A DNA stretch of 64,000 nucleotides from Candidatus Sulfomarinibacteraceae bacterium (GCA_963796455.1 CAWCLO010000001.1:672001-736000), one strand, 5' to 3'. Positions 9,139 through 19,896 are shown, counted from the stretch's first letter. A program made the numbers and translations. Notes: generated from the sequence alone by a model not told the origin.

Positions 9139-11583
9139 ATGGATGGATGGATCACTGAAATACGATTCGCGCTGAGGCACCTCGCGAGAAGCCCCATGTT
9201 TTCGATCCTGGTTATTGTCACCCTGGCTCTCGGCATCGGTGCGACCACCGCGATATTCAGTGTGGTCAACGGCGTGCTGCTGAGTGAACTCCAGTACCCC
9301 GATTCGGACCGCATGATCAGAGTGCAGACCCATTTCCAGGGTCGGGTCGGAAACTCGAGCGCCGCGGCCAACTTCGTCGATTATCGAAAATTCGACAGCC
9401 TAGAATCCGTCACCTTCTATCGCTATCAGCGCTGGTACCTCGGCGACTCACCCGAGCCCCGGTATCCCCTCGGGGTCGAGGTCAGTCACGAGTTCTTCCA
9501 TGTCGCCGGTACCCAGCCCGCCCTCGGCCGTGGATTCACACCCGATGACGAGCGACCCGACACCGACGTCGTGGTGATCAGCCACGGTCTGTGGCAGAGC
9601 CATTTTGCCGGTCGTCCCGATATCGTTGGGCGGAAAATAGTCCTCGACGGTATTCCATTCAATGTGATCGGTGTGGTCCCGGCCGGTTTTGATTTCCCGT
9701 ATTCGGAAGTGGAGGTGTGGCGGCCGCTGGCATTCGATGTGGCGGCAACGGGCCACCGCACCGATCATCTCTACTCGGTGATCGCCCGGGTCACAGACGA
9801 TGTCACCATCGAAGAAGCTCAGGCCGAATTCGTCGCCTACGGTGAGCGCCTGGTCCGTGAATACCCCGAGAACTATAAGGACTTTCAATACGGCATCTCG
9901 GCCGTCACACTACTCGAATCCCAGGTGGGCTCGGTCCGTGCCGCGCTTCTCGTGCTGATGGGCGCGGTGGTTTTTGTTCTGCTGATCGCGGTGGCCAACG
10001 TTGCCAATCTCCTGCTCGTGCGGTCTGAAGCCCGCAATCACGAACTCGAGGTACGGTCTGCACTCGGCGCGTCGCGGCGGCGCATCCTGCGGCACCTTTT
10101 TGCAGAATCGCTCGTACTTTCTCTCGCAGGAGGCGCTCTGGGTGTGTTGCTGGCTTTTCTCGGCACCAGAGTATTACTGACCCTGGCCGGAGATTCGGTC
10201 CCGCGTACCGAGAACATCGCCATCGATTTTCGGGTCCTCATGGTCACGGCACTTGTCTCGATCGCAGCAGGGCTCCTGGCCGGGGCCTTCCCGGCGCTGA
10301 AAATCTCGGGTCTCGGCGGCGGAAAGACCCTCAGGGCCGGTACCCGTGCGGTGGCGGCAGGTGGCCGCAACGGTCTGAGGAACGGTCTGGTTGTGGCTGA
10401 AATCGCGGCAGCGGTGATCCTCGTTGTCGGGTCAGGCCTCATGATCCGCACCCTCACCGAACTGACCCGAGTCGACGTGGGTTTCCGAACTGAAAACATC
10501 CTTACAACGCGGATCTCACTGCCGGTTTCGATTTATCCAAGCGGGCCGCAGGTGGCGGAGTACTTCCGCACCGCCGAGGAACGCATCGAGGCGCTCCCCG
10601 GTGTGATTTCGGCAGGATTCGTCCGGCAGCTTCCCTTGGTGAGCGGCTATGGCACCTATTCGATCCAGATCGAGGGGCGCGAGGTCGACACCATCGGTGA
10701 GTCACCCCACACCTTTTTCCAACTGACCTCGCCGGGCTATTTCAGCGCGCTTGGACTGGCACCGGTTCGCGGCCGTCTGCACGACGATCGCGACACCGAG
10801 GGGAGCCCCCTGGCCGTCACCGTCAATCAGGCCTTCGTCCGCCAACTCCTGGATGGTGAAAAGGCCCTCGGTCGCCGCGTGAAACGTTGGGGCGACCAAC
10901 AACCGTGGGCCGAGATCGTCGGGGTCGTGCCCGACGTCCAGCAAAGGGACCTGGAAAGGGAGCCCTACCCAACGATTTACGCGGCACTGGCGCAGGTGGC
11001 GGTGCGAGGCCTTCCGGCGGACAGTTTCGAACTCGGCTTCGCGCGCCGCCTCTATCTGGCAGTCCGTACCGAGCGCGACGCGGCGGGATTCACAGAATCC
11101 ATTCGGTCCATTCTGCGTGAGCTCGGGCCCGGGGTCCCACTCGGCTCATTTCAGACGATGGCTGATATCCGCGCAGGCGGCGCCGCCAGCCGCGAATTTC
11201 CGACAGTATTGCTGGTTGTCTTCGGCGTCATCGCATTGACCTTGGCTGTGGTCGGCGTCTACGGAGTCGTGGCATTTGCGGCCAGCCGGCGGTTTTTCGA
11301 AATCGGCATCCGGATCGCCCTCGGTGCAAAGCCGTCACAGATTCGACGCCTGGTGGTCGGTCACGGGCTGTTCCCGGTGTCGGTCGGCATACTGATCGGG
11401 CTGTTGGGAGCGGTGCTTGCCGGCCGTTTTCTGCAGAGCCTGCTTTATAACGTTCGTCCTTTTGATCCGATCACCCTGATCGCGGTTCCGATCGTCATCA
11501 TCACCGCAGCATTTTTCGCGAGTTTGATCCCCGCACTCAGGGCTTCAAGGGTCGATCCTTCAACAGTGTTGAGGAGCAACTGA
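9139..11583 (+). CDS. ABC transporter permease, duplicated MacB-PCD/FtsX (ADOP type)
   Basis: TLALGIGATTAIFSVVN, LLIAVANVANLLL, EIGIRIALGA, RASRVDP. Confidence 0.93.
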   Translation: MDGWITEIRFALRHLARSPMFSILVIVTLALGIGATTAIFSVVNGVLLSELQYPDSDRMIRVQTHFQGRVGNSSAAANFVDYRKFDSLESVTFYRYQRWYLGDSPEPRYPLGVEVSHEFFHVAGTQPALGRGFTPDDERPDTDVVVISHGLWQSHFAGRPDIVGRKIVLDGIPFNVIGVVPAGFDFPYSEVEVWRPLAFDVAATGHRTDHLYSVIARVTDDVTIEEAQAEFVAYGERLVREYPENYKDFQYGISAVTLLESQVGSVRAALLVLMGAVVFVLLIAVANVANLLLVRSEARNHELEVRSALGASRRRILRHLFAESLVLSLAGGALGVLLAFLGTRVLLTLAGDSVPRTENIAIDFRVLMVTALVSIAAGLLAGAFPALKISGLGGGKTLRAGTRAVAAGGRNGLRNGLVVAEIAAAVILVVGSGLMIRTLTELTRVDVGFRTENILTTRISLPVSIYPSGPQVAEYFRTAEERIEALPGVISAGFVRQLPLVSGYGTYSIQIEGREVDTIGESPHTFFQLTSPGYFSALGLAPVRGRLHDDRDTEGSPLAVTVNQAFVRQLLDGEKALGRRVKRWGDQQPWAEIVGVVPDVQQRDLEREPYPTIYAALAQVAVRGLPADSFELGFARRLYLAVRTERDAAGFTESIRSILRELGPGVPLGSFQTMADIRAGGAASREFPTVLLVVFGVIALTLAVVGVYGVVAFAASRRFFEIGIRIALGAKPSQIRRLVVGHGLFPVSVGILIGLLGAVLAGRFLQSLLYNVRPFDPITLIAVPIVIITAAFFASLIPALRASRVDPSTVLRSN

Positions 11584-11595
11584 TGACGGGTTCCA

Positions 11596-11688
11596 GGTGT
11601 TCGATATCGAACACCCGCCTCCCGCAGACGGACGAACACGATTCCAAACAGGGGGTTGTGACTCTTCGGTGGCTGGCACACGCTTTGC
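11596..11688 (+). promoter_or_regulatory. Sigma54 promoter with palindromic upstream activator site
   Basis: TGGCACACGCTTTGC at 11674-11688; perfect palindrome GGTGTTCGATATCGAACACC at 11596-11615. Confidence 0.82.
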
Positions 11689-11710
11689 GATAGGACGCAC
11701 CAGGAAGTAC

Positions 11711-12967
11711 ATGATGGATATTCTTCGCACTGGAATCACTGAAAAGAAACGCCGCAACCGGTGGATCCTCGGAGCCGTTGGGGTCGCCGCAGTGGTCCTG
11801 GTGACGGCTGCCGTCGCAAGCCTCGACCCTGCCGCCCCGGGGGTTGACCGCGACACGGTGTGGATCGGTACGGTCGAGCGCGGCACCCTCGTCCGCCAGG
11901 TTCGAGGTCACGGCACCCTGGTGCCGGAAAACCTGCGCTGGGTCCAGGCCCAGACCACCGGTCGTGTCGACCGGGTCTTTGTCGATCCGGGTCAACGGGT
12001 CAAAGCTGACGAAGTGATTCTCGAACTCATCAACTCCGAGGTTCAGCGGTCTGCCGTCGATGCGGAGAACGCCCTCCTCCGGGCCGAGGCCGAGCTGGAG
12101 AGTCTGCGGATGACCCTCATCTCCACCGAGCTCGATCAACAGGCCCAGGCCGCCGAAGTCGACGCCGACTATATCCGCGCAACCCTGCAGGCCGAGGCGA
12201 ATCGTGAGCTTTTCGAGCAAGGTTTGATTTCGGACATTCAGCTTCGATCATCGGAAGCCGTTGCCGACGCCGTTGCCACACGCCGCGAGATCGAAGGCAG
12301 AAGGTTGCAGATGACCGGCAAAGCGAACCGGGCGTTTCTCGAGGCCAAGCGGGCCGGGGTCGAGCAACAAAGAGCACTGCAACGACTGCGAACCGAGCAA
12401 CTCGATGAACTCGCGGTTCGGGCGGGTATCGACGGAGTGGTGCAGGAGGTCCCGGTCGAAATCGGCCAACAGGTCATGGCCGGTACGATGCTCGCCCGGG
12501 TCGCCGAGCCATCCCGCCTCCAGGCCGAACTTCGGGTACCGGCGACCCGAGCCCGGGACGTGCGCAGTGGTCAGTCGGTAAGCGTCGACACCCGCAACGG
12601 CGTCGTCGCCGGAACGGTGAGTCGCATCGACCCCTCGGTTCAGGAGGGCACCGTCATGATCGAGGTACGGCTTGACGGAAAACTCCCCGAAGGGGCGCGC
12701 CCCGACATGGCCGTCGACGGCACCATCGAGATCGAAAGCCTGAGCGATGTGCTCCACGTCGGGCGGCCGGTGCAGAGTCAGGAAAACGCGACCGTCGGTT
12801 TGTATCGCATCGAAGCCGACGGCGATCACGCGGTTCGGGTTCAGGCAGAACTGGGTCGTGCTTCAGTGGAGGCCATTGAAATCCTCAGAGGTCTCGTTGA
12901 AGGCGATCAGGTGATCCTGTCCGACACCAGCCGTTTTGACGATCACGAACGAATTCGGCTCCGATAA
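11711..12967 (+). CDS. Periplasmic adaptor (HlyD/MFP) of the ABC exporter
   Basis: N-terminal TM, VERGTLVRQVRGHGTLVP, coiled-coil hairpin, GLVEGDQVILSD. Confidence 0.9.
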   Translation: MMDILRTGITEKKRRNRWILGAVGVAAVVLVTAAVASLDPAAPGVDRDTVWIGTVERGTLVRQVRGHGTLVPENLRWVQAQTTGRVDRVFVDPGQRVKADEVILELINSEVQRSAVDAENALLRAEAELESLRMTLISTELDQQAQAAEVDADYIRATLQAEANRELFEQGLISDIQLRSSEAVADAVATRREIEGRRLQMTGKANRAFLEAKRAGVEQQRALQRLRTEQLDELAVRAGIDGVVQEVPVEIGQQVMAGTMLARVAEPSRLQAELRVPATRARDVRSGQSVSVDTRNGVVAGTVSRIDPSVQEGTVMIEVRLDGKLPEGARPDMAVDGTIEIESLSDVLHVGRPVQSQENATVGLYRIEADGDHAVRVQAELGRASVEAIEILRGLVEGDQVILSDTSRFDDHERIRLR

Positions 12968-12982
12968 AGGAAGGGCAATTCA

Positions 12983-13699
12983 ATGACCGAAAAACAACCA
13001 AGCCTCATCCATATGAGCGGCGTCAAAAAAGTTTTCCTGACCGATGAGGTGGAGACCCACGCGCTTTCCGATGTTCACCTCGAAATCGATCGCGGCGATT
13101 TTGTCACCATTTCCGGCCCGTCTGGAGGAGGCAAATCAACCCTGCTGTCGATCATGGGCCTCCTCGACACGCCCACCAGCGGTGAATACCACCTCAACGC
13201 TCATCCGGTTGAAGAACTCAGCGTTCGCGACCGCGCCCGGCTCAGGAATCAAGCGATCGGCTTTATTTTTCAGAGCTTTAATTTGATCGGCGATCTGACT
13301 GTTTTCGAAAACGTCGAACTGCCCCTCGTCTACCGCAACACCCCGTCGTCGGCCCGAAAGTCGATGGTGCGGGAAGCCCTCGAACAGGTCGGCATGGAGC
13401 ACCGGCTCAACCACTATCCATCCCAGCTTTCAGGCGGCCAACAGCAGCGCGTCGCCGTCGCCCGTGCCCTTGTCGGCAAACCGCTCATTCTGCTCGCGGA
13501 CGAACCGACCGGCAATCTCGACTCCCGAAGCGGCGAACGGGTCATGGACCTCCTCGGCAAGCTCCACTCCGACGGCGCCACCATCTGCATGGTGACCCAC
13601 GATCCCCGCTACTTGAAGTATGCCGAGCGCACCATCCACCTCTTTGACGGCCAGGTGGTGGACGAGACAGATCCAGCCGTCGTTGAAGCGACCCGTTGA
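12983..13699 (+). CDS. ABC transporter ATP-binding protein (LolD/MacB-like)
   Basis: [34 protein letters not shown]. Confidence 0.96.
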   Translation: MTEKQPSLIHMSGVKKVFLTDEVETHALSDVHLEIDRGDFVTISGPSGGGKSTLLSIMGLLDTPTSGEYHLNAHPVEELSVRDRARLRNQAIGFIFQSFNLIGDLTVFENVELPLVYRNTPSSARKSMVREALEQVGMEHRLNHYPSQLSGGQQQRVAVARALVGKPLILLADEPTGNLDSRSGERVMDLLGKLHSDGATICMVTHDPRYLKYAERTIHLFDGQVVDETDPAVVEATR

Positions 13700-13722
13700 T
13701 CGATTGACGAAAGGGCGAGACG

Positions 13723-16140
13723 ATGTCCGACTTCATCCAGAACATCCGGTTCGGACTGCGTATGCTCCTCCGCCATCCGACAGTCACCGTCATTTCGGTA
13801 TTGACCCTTGCTCTCGGAATCGGTGCCAGCACGGCGGTCTTCAGCGTGATCGATTCGACCCTGCTCACCCCTCCCCCTTTTGAAGAACCCGAACGCCTGG
13901 TCCGGTTGTTTACCGCGAAGCCGTCGGTCGGGTGGGTGACCATGACAGTCTCGGGGCCTGACTACCGGGACTGGAGCGAACAGAGTTCGTCGGTCGAACA
14001 GGCGGGGATCTTTATTTTTGACGCCGTCAACGTCATGGGGGCGGAGCGTCCCGAACGGCTGATCGCGGTGAACGCCTCGGCCGAGGTCCTGCAGGTTCTC
14101 AGGATCCATCCCACTCTCGGCCGGACCTTCGAGAATTCTGCCGACAGCCCGGATGCGGAACACGTAGTTTTGTTGTCTGACAACACGTGGCGGCAAAGAT
14201 TCGGGGCGGATCCCGGGGTCATCGGCACCATGCTTCGCATCGACGACGTACCCCACGAAGTGATCGGCGTGCTGCCGCCCGAAACCGCGGCCGCCTTGAG
14301 ACGATTCGATCTTTGGACACCCTTCGCCTTTGGTCCATCCACGGAGTCGCGATCGAACCGCGCTTTCAGTTCGATCGCAAGATTGCGGCACGGGGTCACC
14401 GTCGCCGAGGCCGACCAGGAATTGAAAGTGATCGGCGACCGCCTCGCTGAGGCCTACCCGGATAGCAATCGAGGCCATACCGTTTCGGTGATCTCCCTGG
14501 CGGACGTACTCCTCGGCCGAAACACCCGTCCCATGCTTTTCGCGCTGTGTGCGGCCGTCGCTTTTGTATTGCTGATCGCATGCGTCAATATCGCCAACCT
14601 CCTCCTGGCAACCGCAACCAGCCGCGAACGGGAGTTTGCGGTTCGAACCGCACTCGGCGCCGGTCCCCGCCGGCTGGTTCGCCAACTCGTGACCGAATCG
14701 GCATTGCTGGCGGCAACGGGAGGAGCGCTCGGTATCGCAATCGCCTACCTGAGCATTGATGTCTTCGCTGCAGGGTTGAGGGATTACGTCGGCTTTATGG
14801 GTGAGGCGACGGTCGATGGGAGAGCTCTCGGCTTTTCACTCTCCGTGCTCGTCCTGACCAGCCTGGGAATCGGAATACCGGTTGCGCTCCGCGCCTCGAA
14901 ATCCCGTCTTCCGGAAATGATCGGTGCCAGCTCCCGCGCGGTATATGGAAGCCCGAGGGAGAGGCTCCGCAGGAATCTCATGGTGGTCGGCCAGGTGAGT
15001 CTGGCACTGGCTCTCCTGATTTGCGCCGGTTTGATGATCCGCAGCCTGGTCGAGCTGAGGTCAGTCGATCCCGGCTTCGACACCGACAATCTCCTGACAA
15101 TGCGGGTCTCGCTGCCCGATGAGAGATACCCCTCCGATGCCGAGCGGGAAGGATTTTTCACAGCTGCCGTTGGCGAGATCGCCACCGTCTCGGGCGTTCG
15201 CTCGGCTGCGGCCGTGTCGATGATCCCGCTCGAGGGTTACAACGGCAATTCGAGCATGAGCATCGAGGAACACCCCATCTCGGATCCCGCCGACAAGATT
15301 TTTGTCGGCAACGAGGCGGTCACACCGGGCTATCTCGAAACCATGGGCATCCCACTTCTTGAAGGTCGCGATTTTACCGCCCTCGACCGCGCCGATGCGC
15401 CTGCAGTCATCATCATCAACCGGCAAATGGCCCAACACTTCTGGCCGGAGGAGAGTGCGATCGGGAAACGGGTCAAATTCGGACCCCTGGACGGGGATTT
15501 GCCATGGATGGATGTGGTCGGGGTGATGGGTGACTACCGGATGACTTCGCTCGACGTCGGCCCTCGATTCGAAACTCTTTACCCCATGGGCCTGTTTCCC
15601 ACTTCAGCGATGACATTTGTCGTGAAGACCGAGATCGAGCCGACAACGTTGGCAAACACCGTTCAGCAGGCCATCCGGCGAATCGATCCGGAACTCGCCG
15701 TGTACAAGCTCGCAACCATGGCAGAACTTCGCACCCGGAACACACGATCCCTCAACCACCTGACCACGATTCTGGTGGGTTTCGGTCTCGTCGCCCTGGT
15801 GCTGGCGCTGAGCGGTGTCTACGGTCTGTTGTCTTTTGCCGTCGGTCTGCGGACCCAGGAAATCGGTCTGAGAATGGCTCTCGGTGCGGAGGCCCGCTCG
15901 ATCCTGGCCTCGATCCTCTATAAGAACCTGACGCTGGTGATGGGGGGTGTCCTGGCCGGGGGTTTGATTGCATGGATTCTCGGCCGATGGCTCCAGGACG
16001 TGCTCTTTGAGGTTTCGACCTTCGATCCTGTGGTTTATGCCGTGGTGGCAACAGGAATGATGGTGGTTGGGCTCCTGGCCGGGCTGATACCGGCACTGCG
16101 GGCCTCCCGGATCAATCCGGTTGTCGCACTTCGCGAGTAA
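13723..16140 (+). CDS. ABC transporter permease (ADOP type)
   Basis: TLALGIGASTAVFS, LLIACVNIANLLL, REFAVRTALGA, EIGLRMALGA. Confidence 0.93.
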   Translation: MSDFIQNIRFGLRMLLRHPTVTVISVLTLALGIGASTAVFSVIDSTLLTPPPFEEPERLVRLFTAKPSVGWVTMTVSGPDYRDWSEQSSSVEQAGIFIFDAVNVMGAERPERLIAVNASAEVLQVLRIHPTLGRTFENSADSPDAEHVVLLSDNTWRQRFGADPGVIGTMLRIDDVPHEVIGVLPPETAAALRRFDLWTPFAFGPSTESRSNRAFSSIARLRHGVTVAEADQELKVIGDRLAEAYPDSNRGHTVSVISLADVLLGRNTRPMLFALCAAVAFVLLIACVNIANLLLATATSREREFAVRTALGAGPRRLVRQLVTESALLAATGGALGIAIAYLSIDVFAAGLRDYVGFMGEATVDGRALGFSLSVLVLTSLGIGIPVALRASKSRLPEMIGASSRAVYGSPRERLRRNLMVVGQVSLALALLICAGLMIRSLVELRSVDPGFDTDNLLTMRVSLPDERYPSDAEREGFFTAAVGEIATVSGVRSAAAVSMIPLEGYNGNSSMSIEEHPISDPADKIFVGNEAVTPGYLETMGIPLLEGRDFTALDRADAPAVIIINRQMAQHFWPEESAIGKRVKFGPLDGDLPWMDVVGVMGDYRMTSLDVGPRFETLYPMGLFPTSAMTFVVKTEIEPTTLANTVQQAIRRIDPELAVYKLATMAELRTRNTRSLNHLTTILVGFGLVALVLALSGVYGLLSFAVGLRTQEIGLRMALGAEARSILASILYKNLTLVMGGVLAGGLIAWILGRWLQDVLFEVSTFDPVVYAVVATGMMVVGLLAGLIPALRASRINPVVALRE

Positions 16141-16175
16141 TCCGTGTCTCGGTTACGATGTCGCTACGAGGACGC

Positions 16176-17549
16176 ATGATGACGGAGCACCAAGCAACGC
16201 CGCGAATCCTGATCGCCGACGATCAGCCGGATATCCTGGAGTCCCTGCGGCTTCTGATCAAACCCGAGGGCTATGTGGTCGAGACGGCTGATACGCCGGA
16301 CAAAGTGATCGAGGCCATCGCCAATCGGGATTTTGATGTCGCCCTCGTCGACCTCAATTATTCTCGCGACACCACCTCAGGCGCCGAGGGGTTGGAGTTG
16401 ATAGCAGCGTTGCAGGCACTCGACAGCACCTTGCCGGTCGTGGTGATGACCGCGTGGGGAAGCGTCGGACTGGCGGTTCAGGCGATCCAGGTCGGGGCCC
16501 GCGATTTCATCGAAAAACCATGGGACAACGACCGCCTTCTGTCGATCCTCCGGATCCAGGTCGACCTCAGCCGGGCTCTCCGCCGGGGGCAGCGCCTCGA
16601 GGCCGAGAACACGACCCTGCTCATGAAGGATGCGCCGGATCTCATCGCCACATCCCCTCGTATGGAGCCGGTACTCGAGTTGATTTCCCGGGTCGGTCCA
16701 TCCGACGCCAATATCCTGATTACCGGTGAGCACGGCACCGGCAAAGAAGTGGTTGCGAGGCGGCTGCACGCGGTGTCCGCCCGTGGCGAACGCCCGCTGA
16801 TCACAGTAAACGTCGGTGGGCTCCCGGAGGGTGTCTTCGCGAGCGAGCTCTTCGGTCACGTCAAGGGCGCGTTCACCGATGCGAAGGGCGATCGCATGGG
16901 CCGTTTCGAAATGGCCGACGGCGGCACCCTCTTCCTCGACGAGATCGCCAACGTCCCCTTGGATCAACAGGCGAAGCTGCTGCGGACTCTCGAAACCGGA
17001 GAACTCGAACGGGTCGGATCATCCAAGACAACGACGGTCGATGCTCGGATTCTCTCGGCGACCAACGCCGATCTCCGCCACGAGGTGGAAGAAGGCAGAT
17101 TCCGTGAAGACCTTCTTTTCCGCCTCAACACGGTCGAGATTCGGCTGCCTCCGCTCCGCGATCGTCCGGAGGACATCCCGCTTCTGGCCAACCACTTCCT
17201 CGGTCGGTTCGCACAGAAGTACCGGAAGCCGTTGGTGGGCTTGGACGGAGCCGCGACCACCACTCTCTTGCGTCACGGTTGGCCCGGAAACGTCCGCGAA
17301 CTCGCTCACGTGGTGGAAAGAGCGGTCCTGATGGCCGACGGTGAAACAGTCAAAGCCGACCATCTCGGCATCAATGAGGGTACTTCCACCACGACTGTCA
17401 CGCTCGACGAGATGAGCCTCGACGACCTCGAAAAAGTTTTTGTTCAGAAAGCGATGCGCCGCTACGACGGCAATGTGAGCCAGGCCGCCCAGGCGCTCGG
17501 TCTGAGCCGCAGCGCACTTTACCGACGGCTCGAGAAACACGGTTTGTGA
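16176..17549 (+). CDS. Sigma54-dependent response regulator (REC-AAA+-Fis)
   Basis: ILIADD, GEHGTGKE, ELFGHVKGAFTDA, WPGNVREL and a C-terminal HTH. Confidence 0.96.
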   Translation: MMTEHQATPRILIADDQPDILESLRLLIKPEGYVVETADTPDKVIEAIANRDFDVALVDLNYSRDTTSGAEGLELIAALQALDSTLPVVVMTAWGSVGLAVQAIQVGARDFIEKPWDNDRLLSILRIQVDLSRALRRGQRLEAENTTLLMKDAPDLIATSPRMEPVLELISRVGPSDANILITGEHGTGKEVVARRLHAVSARGERPLITVNVGGLPEGVFASELFGHVKGAFTDAKGDRMGRFEMADGGTLFLDEIANVPLDQQAKLLRTLETGELERVGSSKTTTVDARILSATNADLRHEVEEGRFREDLLFRLNTVEIRLPPLRDRPEDIPLLANHFLGRFAQKYRKPLVGLDGAATTTLLRHGWPGNVRELAHVVERAVLMADGETVKADHLGINEGTSTTTVTLDEMSLDDLEKVFVQKAMRRYDGNVSQAAQALGLSRSALYRRLEKHGL

Positions 17550-18859
17550 AAAGGCGACACGCGCTTCTTTCGGTTCTCGTTCTTCTCACTGGGTTGATTC
17601 CCACCGCAGTGGCCGGTTTCTTCTTGTGGCGGTCCGATTTTTCGCCTTCCGTGCGAAATCTGCTCATCGGCGGCCTGGTGGTGATCTGGTTGGGAATGGT
17701 CTTGATCGTTCGCGCCCGGACGGCATACCACCTGCGCACCCTTTCCAATCTCCTCGCCGCATTGCGCGAGGGCGACTATTCGTTTCGAGCCCGCCAGGTC
17801 TCGCGCGCGGATCCCTTTGCGGAAGTGATCACCGAACTCAACCTCCTCGCCCGAACCCTCAGGCAACAACGGGTCGAAGACCTCGAAGCCACTTCCCTGG
17901 TGCGCAAGGTGATGGCCGAGATCGACGTGGCGGTCCTCGCATTTGATGGCTCGGGCCGGTTGCGCCAGGTCAACGCCGCCGGGGAGGAGCTCTTTTTGAA
18001 CGAAGAGGGCCTGATCGGCAAAACTGCCGTGGATCTGGGTCTCGAAGACTGTCTGACGGGCCCGCCGGCAAGAACCGTCGAACTCGAGATCGGTGCGACG
18101 ACGGGACGATGGGAAATGCGGCGAGGAACATTCCGACAACACGGTCGTCCCAACCAGCTCCTGGTTCTGTCGGATGTCAGCCGGACCCTGCACGCCGAAG
18201 AGCTTGCGGCCTGGAAGCGACTCATCCGGGTCATCGGGCACGAACTCAACAACTCGCTGGCGCCGATCACGTCGCTTGCGGGAAGCCTCGAAAAGCTGGT
18301 GGATCAGGACCCACTCTCCGAGGATTGGCGGAGCGATCTCGGGCGGGGTCTCGATGTCATCTCGTCCAGGGTCGAAGCGCTCAACCGATTCATGGGCGAT
18401 TGTTCCCGGCTCGCCAAGCTCCCGGAGCCGACAATCGGAAAATTCGACCTCACAAGCTGCATAACCAGGGTTGCGGACCTCGAGAACCGGACCCCGATAA
18501 CGATTCTTGGCGGCCCCGAACTTTTTGTCGAGGCCGACCAGGATCAAATCGAGCAGGTGCTCATCAACCTGATTCGGAACGCGGTCGAAGCCAGCCTCGC
18601 AAATGACGCCCCGGTGGAAATCGCCTGGACAATTGTTAGCGGTCAGATCGAAATTTCGGTCCGTGACCAGGGACCCGGTCTGCCCGATTCGGCAAACCTC
18701 TTTGTTCCCTTCTTCACCACCAAAGCCGAGGGCTCGGGTATCGGCCTTTTTCTGAGCCGCCAGATCGCCGAGGCCCACGGAGGTTCGATCAACGTCGGCA
18801 ACAGGGTGCCTGGGCCGGGTTGTGAGGCAGTCTTGCAGTTGCCGTTGGAAGATCGGTAA
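17546..18859 (+). CDS. Sensor histidine kinase (NtrY-like)
   Basis: Two TM segments; H-box GHELNNSLAPI; NLIRNA, DQGPG, FVPFFTTK, GSGIGL. Confidence 0.94.
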   Translation: MKRRHALLSVLVLLTGLIPTAVAGFFLWRSDFSPSVRNLLIGGLVVIWLGMVLIVRARTAYHLRTLSNLLAALREGDYSFRARQVSRADPFAEVITELNLLARTLRQQRVEDLEATSLVRKVMAEIDVAVLAFDGSGRLRQVNAAGEELFLNEEGLIGKTAVDLGLEDCLTGPPARTVELEIGATTGRWEMRRGTFRQHGRPNQLLVLSDVSRTLHAEELAAWKRLIRVIGHELNNSLAPITSLAGSLEKLVDQDPLSEDWRSDLGRGLDVISSRVEALNRFMGDCSRLAKLPEPTIGKFDLTSCITRVADLENRTPITILGGPELFVEADQDQIEQVLINLIRNAVEASLANDAPVEIAWTIVSGQIEISVRDQGPGLPDSANLFVPFFTTKAEGSGIGLFLSRQIAEAHGGSINVGNRVPGPGCEAVLQLPLEDR

Positions 18860-18872
18860 CGCCGTTGAGCGT

Positions 18873-18904
18873 GGCTATGGGGCTATGGGGCTATGGGGCT
18901 ATGG
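18873..18904. repeat. Octamer tandem repeat (GGCTATGG)x4
   Basis: Four perfect units; related units at about 26600-26647, 31527 and 33489-33510. Confidence 0.9.
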
Positions 18905-19053
18905 CGCCGATCCTCTCAGATCAAGGGGTCTGCACAAAACCTCATCGCCAGGCCGCTTCAGCGGCCGGCCATTGCCTTATAGCGTTCCTCCCAGCATTCA
19001 TGCAGTTTTGTTGTCGCGGAAATTTCGTTGCCGCCGGATATACAATCTCGCTG

Positions 19054-19443
19054 ATGCATCCCCCTTCCTCACACCGCCTCGGCCGCCGCGCCGAATGGGC
19101 CGCCCTTCTGCTCCTGGTGGCAAAGGGTTATCGCCCGCGCCATCGGAGGTGGCGGGGCGGTGGAGGCGAACTCGATCTGGTGATGCAGCAACACGGGGAG
19201 ATCGTTTTTGTGGAGGTCAAAGCGAGATCGAGCGATCAGTTCGGTGGAGCCGTTGCAGCGATCGACGGCCACAAGAAAAAGACGCTCATTCGGGCGTCCT
19301 CCGCCTATCTCAGCCGCTTCGGGCTCTGGGAAAAGCCCTGCCGATTCGATGTCGTCACCTTCGAACGAAAAGGCGGTCTCGTACCGTGGAGCGTCCGCCA
19401 TTATCGCAACGCCTTCCAGCCCGACCTCGGCCGCATGATGTAG
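19054..19443 (+). CDS. yraN: YraN family protein (UPF0102)
   Basis: LGRRAE, GELDLV, IVFVEVKAR, CRFDVV, NAF. Confidence 0.92.
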   Translation: MHPPSSHRLGRRAEWAALLLLVAKGYRPRHRRWRGGGGELDLVMQQHGEIVFVEVKARSSDQFGGAVAAIDGHKKKTLIRASSAYLSRFGLWEKPCRFDVVTFERKGGLVPWSVRHYRNAFQPDLGRMM

Positions 19444-19469
19444 CAGCAACGACGTCGCTTTTCACGACA

Positions 19470-19521
19470 GATGCTAGATGCTAGATGCTGGATACAAGAT
19501 GCTCGATGCTCGATGCTCGAT
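19470..19521. repeat. GATGCTN heptamer array (7 units)
   Basis: gatgcta gatgcta gatgctg gatacaa gatgctc gatgctc gatgctc. Confidence 0.9.
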
Positions 19522-19814
19522 TCACACACCGATCAGAATGAGATTTCTTGGGGTGGGCAACGGATCGAGCGACAGAGCTTTCCAAGTCACGCGTGGCAGC
19601 GTCAGTTTGCAGCGGCAGTGAACAGCAATCAGTATTCAGCGGCAGCGGTCAGGAGTCCAGGCGGCGACGCGGCCACCTCCGGTTCGTTCAAAAAATCAAG
19701 TTGCCAGTGGGCGCTGTCGCTGTCCCTGCCGCTGGACACTGCCGCCGTCGCTGATCACTGACGCTGCCCCTGAATGCTGTCGCTGACTCCTCTTCGCTGC
19801 CCTTGCCGGTGATC
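19522..19814 (+). mobile_element. Degenerate, gene-less copy (F) of the four-helix-bundle element
   Basis: cagcggtcaggagtccaggcggcgacgcggccacctccggttcgttcaa (to 19691) matches 58512-58560; CAG-rich arm then CTG-rich arm; termini decayed. Confidence 0.65.
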
Positions 19815-19863
19815 TGCATCTATCTGCGTTATCTGCGGTCTGCAGCGTGGGCGGGTGGGCGGA

Positions 19864-19896
19864 AATTCCTAATTCCTAATTCCTAATTCCGAACTC
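19864..19896. repeat. Heptamer array (AATTCCT)x3-4
   Basis: aattcct aattcct aattcct aattccg, just after the RND permease stop. Confidence 0.85.
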
